This document shows, one piece after another, positions 36,120 through 48,518 of a stretch of 64,000 nucleotides of DNA. Source of the DNA: Dimargaris cristalligena (taxonomy: Eukaryota); assembly GCA_003614675.1 (NCBI GenBank), contig ML002228.1, positions 1 to 64,000 on the forward strand. Direction: 5' to 3'. The notes beneath the pieces were generated by a model, which saw only the letters and a list, made by a program, of their open reading frames with translations, did not search any database and had not been told where the DNA came from. Position 1 is the first letter of the stretch, and each line of letters starts with the position of its first letter. Both the position numbers and the translations under genes were made by a program.

Positions 36120-36696
36120 CAGTATCCGACCTATTATTCAACGAGTATTTTGGCCACTCCCCTGTCATATTACACATTAACACCCACGACAATCCCGACC
36201 CTACCCTTAATACAGCATACTGCATACCGGCAATATGGCACTTATCTTTACTACATCGTATTTGGACTGATCTTCTTTGCGTACTAAGGGCCTGATGTTC
36301 CTGCGATTGATAAACCCAATTTGGCAACCCCCTTTTTTTTGCCTACTTGTATCAGGCTCAGCTATTCGCACTCGGCCTTGTCCAAAATAATATATATGTA
36401 TATAAATCTTGGACAAAATCCAATATTTTAGAATGCCTGAACCGGCTGAGGGGATAAGATGTGTAAGTTTATTAGAAATGATATGGTAACAAAGGGGAGG
36501 GCAATCCGCCAGCAGCCTGAAAGCGAGCGAGCGCGCGCGTGTGTGTGTTTAAGGGGGTGGCGGAGTAGTTCGATTAACTGGGCGGGTATTTGGAGACTAA
36601 TAATTGGCAAGGTCGGAGCAACAACATTCCGGGAAACCCGGTATATTATAAAAGTTACCCAGACCTTCAGGTAGTATGTTTTAGCCCAATGGCAAG

Positions 36697-37404
36697 TTAC
36701 AGGATAGACATGAAAGTAACTATAAAACCAACCACCCATGAATACACCCAAACCCCCCGACTCCCACCATCACCTCCCCGGTGTACGATGGACCCGGCCG
36801 AGATAACTTCGTCGTCCTCGGTACCACTTGGGTAGGCCAAGGACACAGTACCGGTAGCCCGAACTCCGGTTTGGGTACCACTCGGAAAAATCGACTGGGG
36901 AAAATCATCATCCGGGGTGGCAGTGTCAGTATTAGCAGTGGAGGAGGTAGCGGTAGCACTTTGGGTGATTCGACTGATATCCTCCATGATCTGACTAAGG
37001 GACTCACTATCCGTCGGAACCCCCCCGTTCCGTACGGTGGCGATACATTCCACCAAACAGATACTGGCGGGAGTGGCGGTATAATTCGTGGACGGGTAGG
37101 CATTAATCGTGGCCCCGCACTGGATGGTGCAGTCGAGATAATCATCCTCGGAAATTTGGAGGCAGTTATCGACGCAGTCGTCTTCGGCTCCGGTTTGGCA
37201 AATGGTGTCAAAGAGACATTGGAACTCCGTGGGTAGGGAACCGGCTGAATTGGCGACACCTTTTACCGCGGCGAGGGAGAGTCGGTTGGTTTGGGCCAGG
37301 GTGGGGACAAGGGTTATGAGAAGGAGACTAAGGAGGAGGAACGACAACGACAACGGGACCCGCTGCCACCGTCGAGTACTGTGGTCGGACGGGCCTAGTT
37401 GCAT
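36697..37404 (-). CDS. Secreted Cys-rich cell-surface protein, probably GPI-anchored or C-terminally membrane-anchored (235 aa)
   Basis: N-terminal hydrophobic LSLSFLLLSLLLITLVPTLA, an 8-Cys domain with CxxxC pairs, an S/T-rich stalk and a hydrophobic C-terminus VWVYSWVVGFIVTFMSIL. Confidence 0.8.
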   Translation of the reverse strand: MQLGPSDHSTRRWQRVPLSLSFLLLSLLLITLVPTLAQTNRLSLAAVKGVANSAGSLPTEFQCLFDTICQTGAEDDCVDNCLQISEDDYLDCTIQCGATINAYPSTNYTATPASICLVECIATVRNGGVPTDSESLSQIMEDISRITQSATATSSTANTDTATPDDDFPQSIFPSGTQTGVRATGTVSLAYPSGTEDDEVISAGSIVHRGGDGGSRGVWVYSWVVGFIVTFMSIL

Positions 37405-38925
37405 TATAGGGCAATGGCGAGTAATGTACGGAAGTGCGTGCGTGCGCGGGGTAAGAGTATGGTGGATAAGTAGGGTGAACCCTGGTCCACCACCGGTTAT
37501 ATGGAGGGTAGGACGACGGTCGGGAAATAGGGGTTGAACATATATATATAATCGGCTGGGACAGTCACCAAGCTTTTATATGGGCTGTGAGGTGGTGAAT
37601 ACTATCCATTGACTTGGAAATAGAATTATCACCAAGGCCAAGCAAATGATAATACCGATACCGTAAAAGTAGTGCAGGAAGGGAATAGAGAGAGAGAGAC
37701 TGTAAAATATTTGGACCAAGTAATGATAAAGTAATTAGCACTGATTAAAACACTAGGGATACACATATAACCCAAATGTAATTGACTGGTCCCATGTGGT
37801 GAGGAACCAGGGGATATATATAATCTACAGGGGATCGGAGAGTTATGGGTGTGCCGATAATAGTAAAAAGCGAAGAAAAGGGATGCGTTGAGTGTGGACC
37901 AGACAAGGGGGAGTTAAAGGATTGCCCTCTCTGCCACTAATATAGAGCCCTCCTCCCCCCATCCTTCACCAACCACCACAGCGAAATAGATTGGCCTCTC
38001 TCCTGCAGGTGAATGTGGATTGGCTGATGTGAATACGCTAAGGTTTGCGCCAAGACGAATAATACAACGACGGGGGTGCTGCAGCTGCAGGCAGAAAGGG
38101 CAGTGGTTATGACGAATAATCTAACCTACGCACAGGAAAGCGAGAGAGAAGGTTGGTCTTGGCATCGCAGGTAAATGTTTTTTCCCGGGATCGACTGAGA
38201 CTTGGCGGATAATGAGTGGGCGAAAAATACTACAGTAATACTTACTTTCATAGGTTTTTTTTATATAGAGGTGTGTGGAGGAGGAACAGGCAAGGCAGGC
38301 CAGCTGGTCGGGGCTAATATATACTCCAGGGGACAACATGTGTGTACTTTACCTAGAACACGTATTAGTGGTGGATTGTGAGGGTTAAACATTTAGCCAT
38401 GTGGGGATTGTAGGTGTGCGTCTCTCTCTCGTTGTGGATTGGTTGGGCTTGGGCTGCTGTTGCCGCTAGTCTGGCGAATCTTGGGAATGAGGGGGGATTA
38501 CTATTCCTTTAATGTGAAGGGTGCAATCTACAGATGAGAGATACTCACCATATTACACATCCTTTTCTTACAATAAAGTATATTAAGGTAATGAAGGGGA
38601 AGTGGTGGTGGTGGCTCGACGATTTTCCTGGCCAAGACTTGGGTTCCGAATGGGCTATATTAATCCATACAGTGTGAATGGGAGGCGACATTCCAGGTTC
38701 ACTGGCTCTATAGTCGTAAAACCCACCGGATCGCCAATAACCCTAGTCATATCATTATTAGGCTGTAGCAGTTAGTTCCATTGGCTTGGAAAAATGGCTA
38801 TAGTGGTGGACGACGGAATTTGGCAGGTCCGCCGCCCCCTCCCTTTTCCCTTCATCACTATCGAATATACTATATATTTTTTCGCTGGGATTATTCTGAT
38901 CGTTCATGACACCGTCCAGGTGGAT

Positions 38926-39071
38926 AATATGGGTAAAATTCAAACCAGCTGTATAAGGTTTTACAATATACGTGTATGGGCGAATATATGTGAGAATATC
39001 TTTTAACCAGTAATATTGGCCGCATCCAATGGATTTTTCATTATACAGCCTAAATGAACTTCTCCCATATT
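38926..39071 (+). mobile_element. 146-bp MITE, copy C
   Basis: GATAATATGGGTAAAATTCAAACCAGCTGTATAAGG ... TTATACAGCCTAAATGAACTTCTCCCATATTATC, with the internal TTTTAACCAGTAATATT shared with copy A (one mismatch in copy B). Confidence 0.8.
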
Positions 39072-39389
39072 ATCTTGGCCCCCAGCCTAATAAGGCATGA
39101 TTGGTAGATCACGTGATTCATTCTGCTCGCTTATGGGGGGCGACCCGTCCGCAATGCCAGCTGGATAGGTAAAACAAAATAGAGAGAGGGATTGGTGCAT
39201 TTCAGTGCGTTGCCCTTTATCTTTCCATACTCTTTTTCCTTACCATTGCCGGCTATCCAAGCCAACTGTTGTTTTTCATTTCGGTTTAGACAAGCGAACT
39301 CAAAATAAGCTCCCCCCCCAATACACACACGCACATACATCGTCACTACTCGCCCATTTCCCCAGTCGCATCCCCCCTCTCCCAGTCCC

Positions 39390-40415
39390 ATGGAACCCAA
39401 TCGCGGCCTCGAAGCTTTCGAACGACTCGTCAAAGCCAATGACGCGCAGGCCGCCCTCGACCGGGGGTCCTGTAAGAAATGCGGAGGAGCTGGCCATTTA
39501 ACTTTCGAATGCCGCAATTTCATCACCTTGAAAACTCGTCGCGCACCCCCAGCGTCGTCCACCATTCCATCAGCTCCGGTCTCCACAATACCCCCTCCAC
39601 CGGCAGTAGCTGCAGTAGTAGTAAAAGCGGAAAAGGTATCGGTATCGGCGGATAAACCCCGGTCAAGTCGAAAGTCCGGCTCATCCTCGCGCAAGTCACG
39701 CCACTCCCGTCGGTCCAGCCATCAGAGTAGACGCTCACGATCAAGGTCTGTATCATCGGCATCATCATCCTCGTTGTCGTCTCCGTCTAGATCTCGCTCA
39801 CCCGACTCACGCTATGGACGCCGACATCGACATAGTCGTCGTCATCGCCACCATAGCCCTAGTCGGAGTCAACATGGTAGGAGGCGGCCATCCCGTCGGC
39901 ATCGTGATAAAAGCTGTAGCCCTAGTTCCAGCAGTAGTCGTAGTCGTAGTCGCAGCCCCAACCCCAGCCGTAGTAACAGTCACAGTCGTAACCATCAATC
40001 TAAACGGGCCAAGGCCTCATCGCTAGACAAGGAATCTTTGAGTTCCCGCTCCCCCTCACCCGACCACCACCACCGCCGCCCTCGCCGGGACTGGTCATAC
40101 AGCAGATCACCCGATAAACGCCGGCGCTCTAGATCTCCCGCCCAGCGTCATTCATCCCGTCGGCAACCACGGTCGCCTTCCGTGGGGGAGCGCGACGCAC
40201 CCGTAGCCTCTCGGGCAGTCTCCCGGAGTGTATCGCGTAGTCGTAGTCCACCACCACCTGCAAAACGTTCCCGACGATCCCACCGACGCCGAAGCAGAAG
40301 CAGAAGCAGAAGCGGTGAGTCCCGCCCTTCATCCCGAAGTGAGGGACGGCCGACGAGCACCCGCTTGCGTGAACCTCATCCGGATAATTATCTAGCGAAT
40401 GACTTAGACATATAA
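39390..40415 (+). CDS. Zinc-knuckle (CCHC) Arg/Ser-rich splicing-associated protein, SREK1IP1/CXIP4-like
   Basis: RGSCKKCGGAGHLTFECRNFI zinc knuckle followed by a long RS/SR-dipeptide-rich tail. Confidence 0.85.
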   Translation: MEPNRGLEAFERLVKANDAQAALDRGSCKKCGGAGHLTFECRNFITLKTRRAPPASSTIPSAPVSTIPPPPAVAAVVVKAEKVSVSADKPRSSRKSGSSSRKSRHSRRSSHQSRRSRSRSVSSASSSSLSSPSRSRSPDSRYGRRHRHSRRHRHHSPSRSQHGRRRPSRRHRDKSCSPSSSSSRSRSRSPNPSRSNSHSRNHQSKRAKASSLDKESLSSRSPSPDHHHRRPRRDWSYSRSPDKRRRSRSPAQRHSSRRQPRSPSVGERDAPVASRAVSRSVSRSRSPPPPAKRSRRSHRRRSRSRSRSGESRPSSRSEGRPTSTRLREPHPDNYLANDLDI

Positions 40416-41121
40416 AGTTGCCAACATTGCTAAGTAGTAAAACATATAAAAAACAATGGGCTAGTCGTAAACTGTAGAAATATATTGTATGATCATCAGA
40501 TTCATGAATTGGGTATTTGGGATTTGGGATTTCGCCGAAACAAACTGAGTAGTGGCTATTGGGTATTTTTTTTAATAGGTACTTTTTAATGCCATACCAT
40601 ATCAGACTTATAACTTCCACCACGCTTTAGAGCAGAGGGACTCCAAGCGCAGCAGGTACTTTATTTTAACTGACGGTCCTGCCAATGGCATCCACTCCAA
40701 TACCCATTAAAAGAACTTGATCAACTGTAGTAGCAGTTAGGTGCGTTTAATTTCCAAAGCTAGGGCTCATTTAACAGGGGCCGTAATAAGTTCATGCAAT
40801 TATATATATATCCATAATGGCTAAATTCAATGATTTATTGATAAAATATGTAAATAAATGGACTCATCGATGGGGATGGGCAGGACTAGGCTGGATTGAA
40901 CTGGATTATATTATCGAAACCCAGTTTGTTATTCCGGGATCAATAACGCCAGTCGATGTGGTAGGGCAGAGGTTCGGGAACAAGTGGGAATAAAATAGAG
41001 TAGGAGAGTAACGAGAGGGGCGAAAAATGATTTGTCATTTGGTCTGATCTCTTCCCTTTCTTATTTCCTATTACGGGGGGGGGGGGTGACATTTTTATCT
41101 TGAAGGAAGCGGGAAGGCGAC

Positions 41122-41556
41122 CTACTGGGGTTTCACGAGTTTTTCGGGTTTCGGGCTCCGAGGTTCCAACTTGGGAATATGGGGAGTATTCGTTTCGCCT
41201 ACCCAAAACGCGCGGGCCGCGGCGAGTTCCTTTTCCTTCGCCGTTACCAAATCATGCGATCGTTGGTACAGCACTTTTTCGGCCGCAAAAAACTCCTGCA
41301 ACCGGGGGTCCAAACGGTGGGTGAATTCAAACTGGTTGGGGTACTTGGCGTGCGTTTGGGTCCGGTCGATCTTGGTTAAGATTTCGTGCCGGCCTTTCAA
41401 GGCTTTGACGAAGTACTTCTTGAACTTGGACCGCGTCAGATCCGACAACGGCGCATAGGTCACCGCCTTGTCGAACAGGCTTTGCGTGGTCTGCGGACCG
41501 TGCTTGGCCAGAATGTGCTTGATGATCGTGTGACCGGAGGCAACCACTTGGGACAT
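41122..41556 (-). CDS. Small basic hypothetical protein (144 aa)
   Basis: ATG-initiated ORF with strong coding-like C/G-ending codon bias and AT-rich flanks. The N-terminal part (ILAKHGPQTTQSLFDKA..TRSKFKKYFVKALK) resembles a winged-helix, but no family was recognised. Confidence 0.7.
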   Translation of the reverse strand: MSQVVASGHTIIKHILAKHGPQTTQSLFDKAVTYAPLSDLTRSKFKKYFVKALKGRHEILTKIDRTQTHAKYPNQFEFTHRLDPRLQEFFAAEKVLYQRSHDLVTAKEKELAAARAFWVGETNTPHIPKLEPRSPKPEKLVKPQ

Positions 41557-42457
41557 GATTAAAGAGAATGAATATGTGCTTAAAGGGGGAGGATCTAATG
41601 GCTAAGGCTTTTTCAGGAAAATAATAATAGTAAAAATAAAACCGAATGGGAGAATAGTAAGAGACTGATTAAAGTGCTGAGGGGAAATAGACGGTGCAAA
41701 GGCTTTGGAGATTGGCAATGCAGTGCATGGCCAATGTCTGAATGGGGACAAGAATTCGAGCTTGATTCAGATGGCCGGAAGATCCTACACACTTGGGCAG
41801 AATACCAAACGGCGTCAGCTCATTCTTAGAGGCGAGGTGGGCTGTTGATTTTAGGGTGCAATTTCCACCCAAAATTGCTTATTTTGGATTGGCTAAAATG
41901 GCCCATTTCATTCTCTAGCAATTAAACCCAATTGTAGTAATTTGTATTATTTATATTTAATGAAGAAGAGTAGGGGTTTAGGAAGAATTGATTAACCTTA
42001 TACATAGATGGTAAAAAAAACAGGAATAATGAAGATTAAAGCATCTCTTTAAATAAAACGAAGCCACTGACCAACGGTAAAAGAAAAAAATGGTATACTA
42101 ACGGGTGCAAGTGGATGTTTTAGAATCCTCTCGGATACTAAAACTTAGATACCGGCTGACGCAGGTTAAATTACTAACGGGCAAAAATCTTCATCTGGAG
42201 AAAAACAAAAGTGACATGGCAAGGGTTATATCCAGATAAACATATATAAAATGCCCATAAAAATCACGGAAAGAGGAACCAAGACATTAAAGTATGACAA
42301 AAACAAAGCGCAAGTCCGCTGGTGCTATTTAAAGGCGGAGCCCAAAATTTAAATAAAATGAATTCAATAGAGGAACGCTACCAAGAATTTCCCTGAGAAA
42401 AGAGAAAGACTCGGAGGTTCAGTTTTTTTTTAAAAAAAATCACCCCCCGCGTAAAGG

Positions 42458-45400
42458 TTAAGGTGATTCAGTGGCCTGGCGTTTAGCTACCGGGGAGATG
42501 CTCGAGCGCTCAATCTTGATGGCCGCCCGGGGGTCCAGGTCTTTGACCACGGGCAAAGGGGAGGGGCCATTGCGCGGTTCCGCCTCTTGGTCATCGACTT
42601 CATCCGCCTTTCGCTTGATTCCCCCCGCTGCCCGCTCAACTGGGCTGGACGAGTGGTAGGGAGATTGCAGTGGAGACGACGGGAGGGCCGGCAATGACTC
42701 CGAAGAAGCCATGGATGATCCCCGAAGGATTTCATTGTCAGATAACGGCTCTGTTTCCTCCTTCTTCACATCGATGCTCTCACCTAGGCCCTCGTCTCCC
42801 GAATCACCACCGGAGGCCTGGGCCCGGCGCAGCATATCCGTCCGACAAGTGGCATGATAGATGGAGTCGCCCTCTACAAGAACGGCGTTACGGTATACCC
42901 AGTCTTCCTCATCCTCGGACCATACGCCGGTTAATTTTTCGTTACATACGGGGCAGATGGACGAATGCGGTTCGGAGGGTACGGTGATCACCATAGCACG
43001 GAGGAGAGCATCATCGCTGTGTTCATGGTCGCCAGCCTCACCATCGGCCTCTGGTTTGGAGGAGCCGTTCGAAGCCCCTGCATCCTCGCCAGAGCGGTCA
43101 CCACCGTCATGGCCCGCGGTAGCTTGCTCGAAAATCTTGGCTGGGGTAAGGTCTTCATTATCAGTTTGGCGAGAGTCAATCCAGTCCTGGAGTTCAGATT
43201 GAATCATCATAACGTGTAAACGAATTGAAGAAATTGCATAGGAATAGCAATGAAAAACAATAATAATAGGAAGTGTGTTGGTTAGTTTCGCTGTAGTCAT
43301 ATTATACCATCCAGTGAAAAGCCCCAGGACGACTTACTTAGCGAAAGGGGGGTATAAAGTCATTTCCACGAAAAGAAATGGGGATATCAACAGTATCTGA
43401 CGCGTTTCTATTCCCTTCGCCCACCAATACGCATGTTTTATTTGATGACTCGGCCAGGTAATTAACAATCCAGCCAGTATGTTGACGATATAAAAAAGTT
43501 GGGATACTAAGAATTGCTATATATATAATCGAAGGAGTATCGAAAACGAAGACCGGTGCTTACCTTCTCGGAAACGAACCAGCCCCGGGGCTGGGCCTGA
43601 CGCACTTTGTCCTTAAAACGGCTGTTGGAGCGGAAATGCCAGTCAAGATGCTTATCCAATTGTTTCTTCCCGATGCTGGTCTCAGGATAACGGGCGCCGC
43701 ATTGCTTACACTTAAGGGGAATGGCGTCGTAGAGGGTCGCTACTAGTCCGGGGCGTTTTCTAGGTGAGAGGGAAAAGGGGACAAGACAAAAACATGGGAT
43801 ATCCGGCAAACCCGATACATAAATTAACAAACGAAGTCCATTGGAATATATATGAGCGAGATGTACAAGGTTGGAGTAGCCCCCATAACTATGGTGGCGG
43901 CAACTAACCCCCTTTTACGGGGAAAATTCCGAGAAGGGGGGCTTGCACAAGGAATCTGGGTATAGTACTTACTTCTGAAGATCTTCGTTATTAAGCTGAA
44001 TGGGGGATACTTTATTAACAGACGGGCGAGTACCATTAGTCGCACCTCGAAGGGGAAGATTAGCGCCAGGGAAGGGCGCCACCGTGGGCATAGAAGTGGG
44101 CTGGAGGCCTGGCCCCCCTCCCCCGCTTAAATTGGCGGAGGGGTAGACCGACTGGTTGGAGAGAGACGGTGCCATATTGACCGGCTGCAGGGCGGGGATG
44201 GAACCAATGGATGAGCCAATGGACGCCAGGGTGCTCAAAAGGGCCGCATTGGGACCCAGGAGCTGCTGAAGTAGTGCGGAGGCGTCGGTGGGCACGGCCG
44301 GGACGGGGTTGCCTACAGGGAAGGTGGGCAGCAGTGGGGCGGCGGTAGTAGTGGGTAAGGGGATTTGGGGAGTCAAGCTACGCAAGGCATTGAGGATGGC
44401 CATGGGGTCGGTCGATGGCACCGAGGTGGCAGGGGAAGGAGCCATGCCGGGGGGAGAAACCGGGTAATAACCAGGCTTAGCGGAATGTGTGGTATACTGT
44501 GCGTAGGGGGGCTGCTGGTGCGGGGGTTGGGATTGGGGCTGCGGGTGCCGCTGGCCGGCCGTCTGATGAATATGTTTATCTAGGGCAGCGATAACCGAAA
44601 CCGGGAAAAGGGGTCTGGGTTTGTTCTCCTTCCAAATAGCCAATACACGGCGAAAGTTATGGCGATCGTCCGGGGATATTTTATTATAGGCACTTGTAAA
44701 GGCAGGTACAATCCGTTTGGCAAATTCGGGAATATAGGCATGGCCGACATTTTTGCAAATGGAGTCAATCAGAAATAACACGGGTACTTTATAGCGGGGC
44801 GGGGCCTACCGTGGTTTATAGTGCACGCAGGGGACAAATTCCAGCAGCAAGTAGATTTAGTAGTAATAAGCACAGAGATTATGTTGGTTCATTGGGATGC
44901 ATGACATAACCAAGACAGCGATGTCCGAAGGCACAGAGCACATTTACCAAAACATGGCCACATTATAGTGATACAGCGAAAATCAAGAAATACAATTTCA
45001 TAATAGTAGTTAGTTAATTTACTCAGAGATTGAGGGACAATTGGACCGTGCTGGCATTTTAGTGTCTTTACCACCATCGAGTCGGGGTCATTAGTGGTGG
45101 TTATATTGTGTATTACAATAAGCTTATTTTTTAAACTTGAAACACAAAATAGGGGAGAAGGGAGGAAATGGCACAACTATCACCCGATTTGGTAGTATGC
45201 TTAATGAAAAAATGGGGGAAGAAGGCGAAATAAGGCCCCTGTGTCATACAAAGAGTTTCGAGACGGTATTTGACTCGTAGACTCCATCCATGGCAGCAAA
45301 TTGGAATATAAAAGAAGGCGAACGATACAAAGTATAAACTGCGACGGCAAGTAAGGGGCACCTCCAAATGACATCTCCACGCACTTCGGCAAACCTAATA

Positions 45401-46569
45401 CCTGTGTACTCATCCCTCATATCATGCAAGGGTACTCCATAGTAACAGGAACTCGGGAGCCTCAGTGGGGGACTCGCTTACTAGCCACTCGCAAAATGGC
45501 GTATCGAATAAATGAGTGTACAAAACAGAGAGAAGCATATGATATGGCAACTGCCTTAAACGGCCCCGCTTGGCTATCTCCCCCATAACCAAAGAAAAAT
45601 CCTAACGGGAATATGTGGAGAGCGGAGTTGCTTTTTTTTCCATTCCGAATTTCTGACACAGCGGGATGTTATTTATATTGGGAATTCAAAAAAAACAACA
45701 ACTAAAAGAGAAGCGTATACTCGAATGGCCTATTATTGAAGACAAAAAAGGCCCCGTATAATAAACGTTATACGGAGTACGACAAAAGTCATCAAATAAG
45801 GAGGTGTAGATGCCGGATGGGCAAAGATGCGAAGTCCATACTAGGAAGGGGGGTCGGCTGCAGGTTGTCAGGTGGCAAATCACCATCTCCCACGAGATTC
45901 GATACGAATCCCGGAACAGGCGAGGCTAGGGAATGACTTGGACTGGATAAACATCCCGCGCAGCTACGACCCAGTTACCTGACCACTGACGGGTTTAGGG
46001 AAAGCAGAGCTCAAGTCCAACGAGGCAATCTGCCGGCGATATAGACCCATGTGCCAGCCCAAGCCATTCCCGGATTGACCCTACAAGAACCGTTGACAAA
46101 CCCCCCTTTCCTACCTTCACTATATCACGTTATTGGAGCGTAGAATTGGGGCTGACTAAGCCAGGGTCGGCCAAAATTAGGCCAGCTCCGCGGAGAGTTC
46201 GGATGGTAAAGCCATCAGGGGCATTTCCTTCTCCGGCAAAAGCGGGGCTAATTGTGGCCGACCCTGGCTTAGTCGGTCCCAATTCTACGCTTCAATAACG
46301 TGATATAGTGAAGGTAGAAAAGGGGCGTTTATCAACACAGAATTAGACCAGGATATTGCGCTGTTATAGAGGGGGGGCACTGTGTAATATTAACTTACCG
46401 AGTGTAAACGAGAGCAAACGACCTCAGCGACCACGGAAGCAGCCTGCTGGTTCTCACCCGCGATGACCGTCAGGTTTTTAATGATGGGGCGCGAGTTGAG
46501 GGTCAGATCCTCTAGGGAATTGACGTAGTCCTGGCGAAACGCTTCGAGGTCGGTTTGGGTGGGCGACAT
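42458..46569 (-). CDS. PCF11: mRNA cleavage/termination factor Pcf11, 4 exons: 46569-46399, 44805-43973, 43759-43564, 43186-42458 (~642 aa)
   Basis: CID domain DYVNSLEDLTLNSRPIIKNLTVIAGEN ... KVPVLFLIDSICKNVG. C2H2 finger CKQCGARY..HLDWHFRSN, then RGWFVSEK-DWI and a second finger CPVCNEKLTGVWSEDEEDWVYRNAV..IYHATC. Junctions are in frame. Confidence 0.95.
46092..46336. repeat. 245-bp foldback: ~95-bp inverted arms (46092-46186 / 46242-46336) inside PCF11 intron 1
   Basis: CTACCTTCACTATATCACGTTATTGGAGCGTAGAATTGGGGCTGACTAAGCCAGGGTCGGCCA is the near-perfect reverse complement of TGGCCGACCCTGGCTTAGTCGGTCCCAATTCTACGCTTCAATAACGTGATATAGTGAAGGTAG. Confidence 0.95.
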
Positions 46570-46650
46570 GGGCTGGGCGGGTATACAATAGGGGCACAAT
46601 GGAAGCCGGCGAAAATAGAGGTATGGGGAGAATAGAACAGGGTACTTGGA

Positions 46651-46653
<3 letters not shown>

Positions 46654-46681
<28 letters not shown>
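46654..46681. repeat. (TA)n microsatellite ~85 bp upstream of the PCF11 start codon
   Basis: Direct reading. Similar tracts occur at ~25178, ~26319, ~28685 and ~61862. Confidence 0.9.
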
Positions 46682-47410
46682 CAATGACGGCAGCCGGACA
46701 AGGAAGATTACTTAAGAGATGATTAAGGGTGGTGGAAGCTAAAGGTTGGCAGGGAATGGAAGAGGAAAGAAAACTGGTTAAAGTAGGCAATAGGAACTAC
46801 CCTGGAGACAATCTACGCGTTCAAATAAAAAAGAGAGAGAAAGAGAAAGAAAGAAAGATGAGAAGGAACTAGCCACCAGAGAGACACAGCCCATAAGTCT
46901 TGAAGTGCGGCTCTGTCTTAGTCGGGCGTCTGGTTCACGCAACGCCGCACATTCCTAACCCATTTCTCCGACAGTGGCGGGAGAAAAAACCCCAAAGAAG
47001 GCTTCTTTATCTCCTCCTCTCTTGAATGTGCCAAGGAGGAGAGAAAGAGGGAGGAGGCGCCATTCACCTCGAGTCACGGGACTTAAAATGTTACTCCATG
47101 GTATATAAAATATTATACGCCATGGGACAATTTCTCATGCCCACCCTGTGCAATAATAAAAGGCCAACGACATTGATTAAAACGAACACCTGATTTTCCA
47201 TCACGGTGAATACTTGCCAATCCTCCTCCGTCGACCTTCCTTCTTTACAAATCCATGACACCTTCTCTCTTAAAGAAGAAGACCCTTTGATCCTTCTTAC
47301 GCCCTCGTATTCACTAAAACCACCAAGAATTATAATTAATCATCAGTAGAAATTTATAGTAGTCATACATGTTATTATCACACAATTGAGATAGCTCCAC
47401 CAACCCCTTA

Positions 47411-48068
47411 TTACGACTGGTTGGCGACAGCCTCTTCCGCTGGGTCGGTTTTGAGGGGCAGCATTACCAACGTCATTGGTTCTTTAGGCTCGGCGGTCAC
47501 CTCCAAGTGGTTATCTACAAGGGTAGGAAGCGGACAACACCGAGACATATAATAGAATGTAGAGAATGTATGATTAAATTACTCAAACATTAGGTCTCTG
47601 GCTGTTGCAAGGGGTCATCTTAAATAAATGACTAATATTGGCTGTCGGTGTTCAAAAACACGCACGCACACGAAAGATGAGTAACTTACCAATGGCCCGA
47701 ATGTTCGAAAATACATTGCTCCAGTTGGACATGACGTCGCACATTACTAAAATATACCGGTGAATGTAATGTTAGAACCGGGAAATAAGGGATTAGATCA
47801 TACCGCCACCACCACCACAAACCAGTGCATTATATAAATTCCTACAAAAACATACGTTTATGGTCCAGTAGTAAAACAACCGGCCAGTTAAGCAAGTGTA
47901 AGCATGAAACCCATATTAGCACAAGTTACCTTCCAACTGTAAATTGATCTCGTCAAGCTCCCTATTGAGCGCTAGTGTTGAATTGCGAACCTTCCACGAA
48001 AGGTCGCAGAACTGACTGAGTTGCCGGCACTCCTTGGCCTTCAGGTGGACTAGTTCGGTGGGATTCAT
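47411..48068 (-). CDS. DAD2: DASH/Dam1 kinetochore complex subunit Dad2, 3 exons: 48068-47930, 47746-47690, 47514-47411 (~99 aa)
   Basis: Spliced product MNPTELVHLKAKECRQLSQFCDLSWKVRNSTLALNRELDEINLQLE-VMCDVMSNWSNVFSNIRAI-DNHLEVTAEPKEPMTLVMLP. The VxxNWxxV and PxTLVxxP motifs are characteristic of Dad2. Confidence 0.8.
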
Positions 48069-48518
48069 AAGGGCAGCGTTGCGTTGAAATGGCACAAAGG
48101 AGATTGTAGGTTTGGCTATTTCTATGAAGAGAAGGCAGAGTGTATAATAAGGGGAGAGGGAGCCCGGTACAGTTAGGCAATATCGAGTAGAGAAGGCAGG
48201 TAAAGTCCCCAAAAAACAACAATCGTTGAGAGGTAAGAGTAAAGGCATGGTAAACAATCGCGGGGGGTCAATTTGCCACACCCTGTATGTCGTATATGCC
48301 AAACCCTGGGATTTTCCCTCAGCTAGAGTAGCCCAAGCCCGTAAAGACAGGCAACCTAGTGGGAGTCGGCTTAACTCATTTGGTCAGGCTTGCTTGTTTC
48401 ATAACCCTCATAATAGTAATAATACCGTCGCTTCCATTTACGCTCGTGAAGCTTTTCTCCCCTTGGTAGGTTGAGCACCCGGCCCTGTTTGACCGTCTCC
48501 GCCAGCGTTGTAGCAGAC

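Noticed and set aside
36036..36287. 83-aa ORF with a hydrophobic end
   Set aside because: Starts inside MITE copy B; probably spurious.
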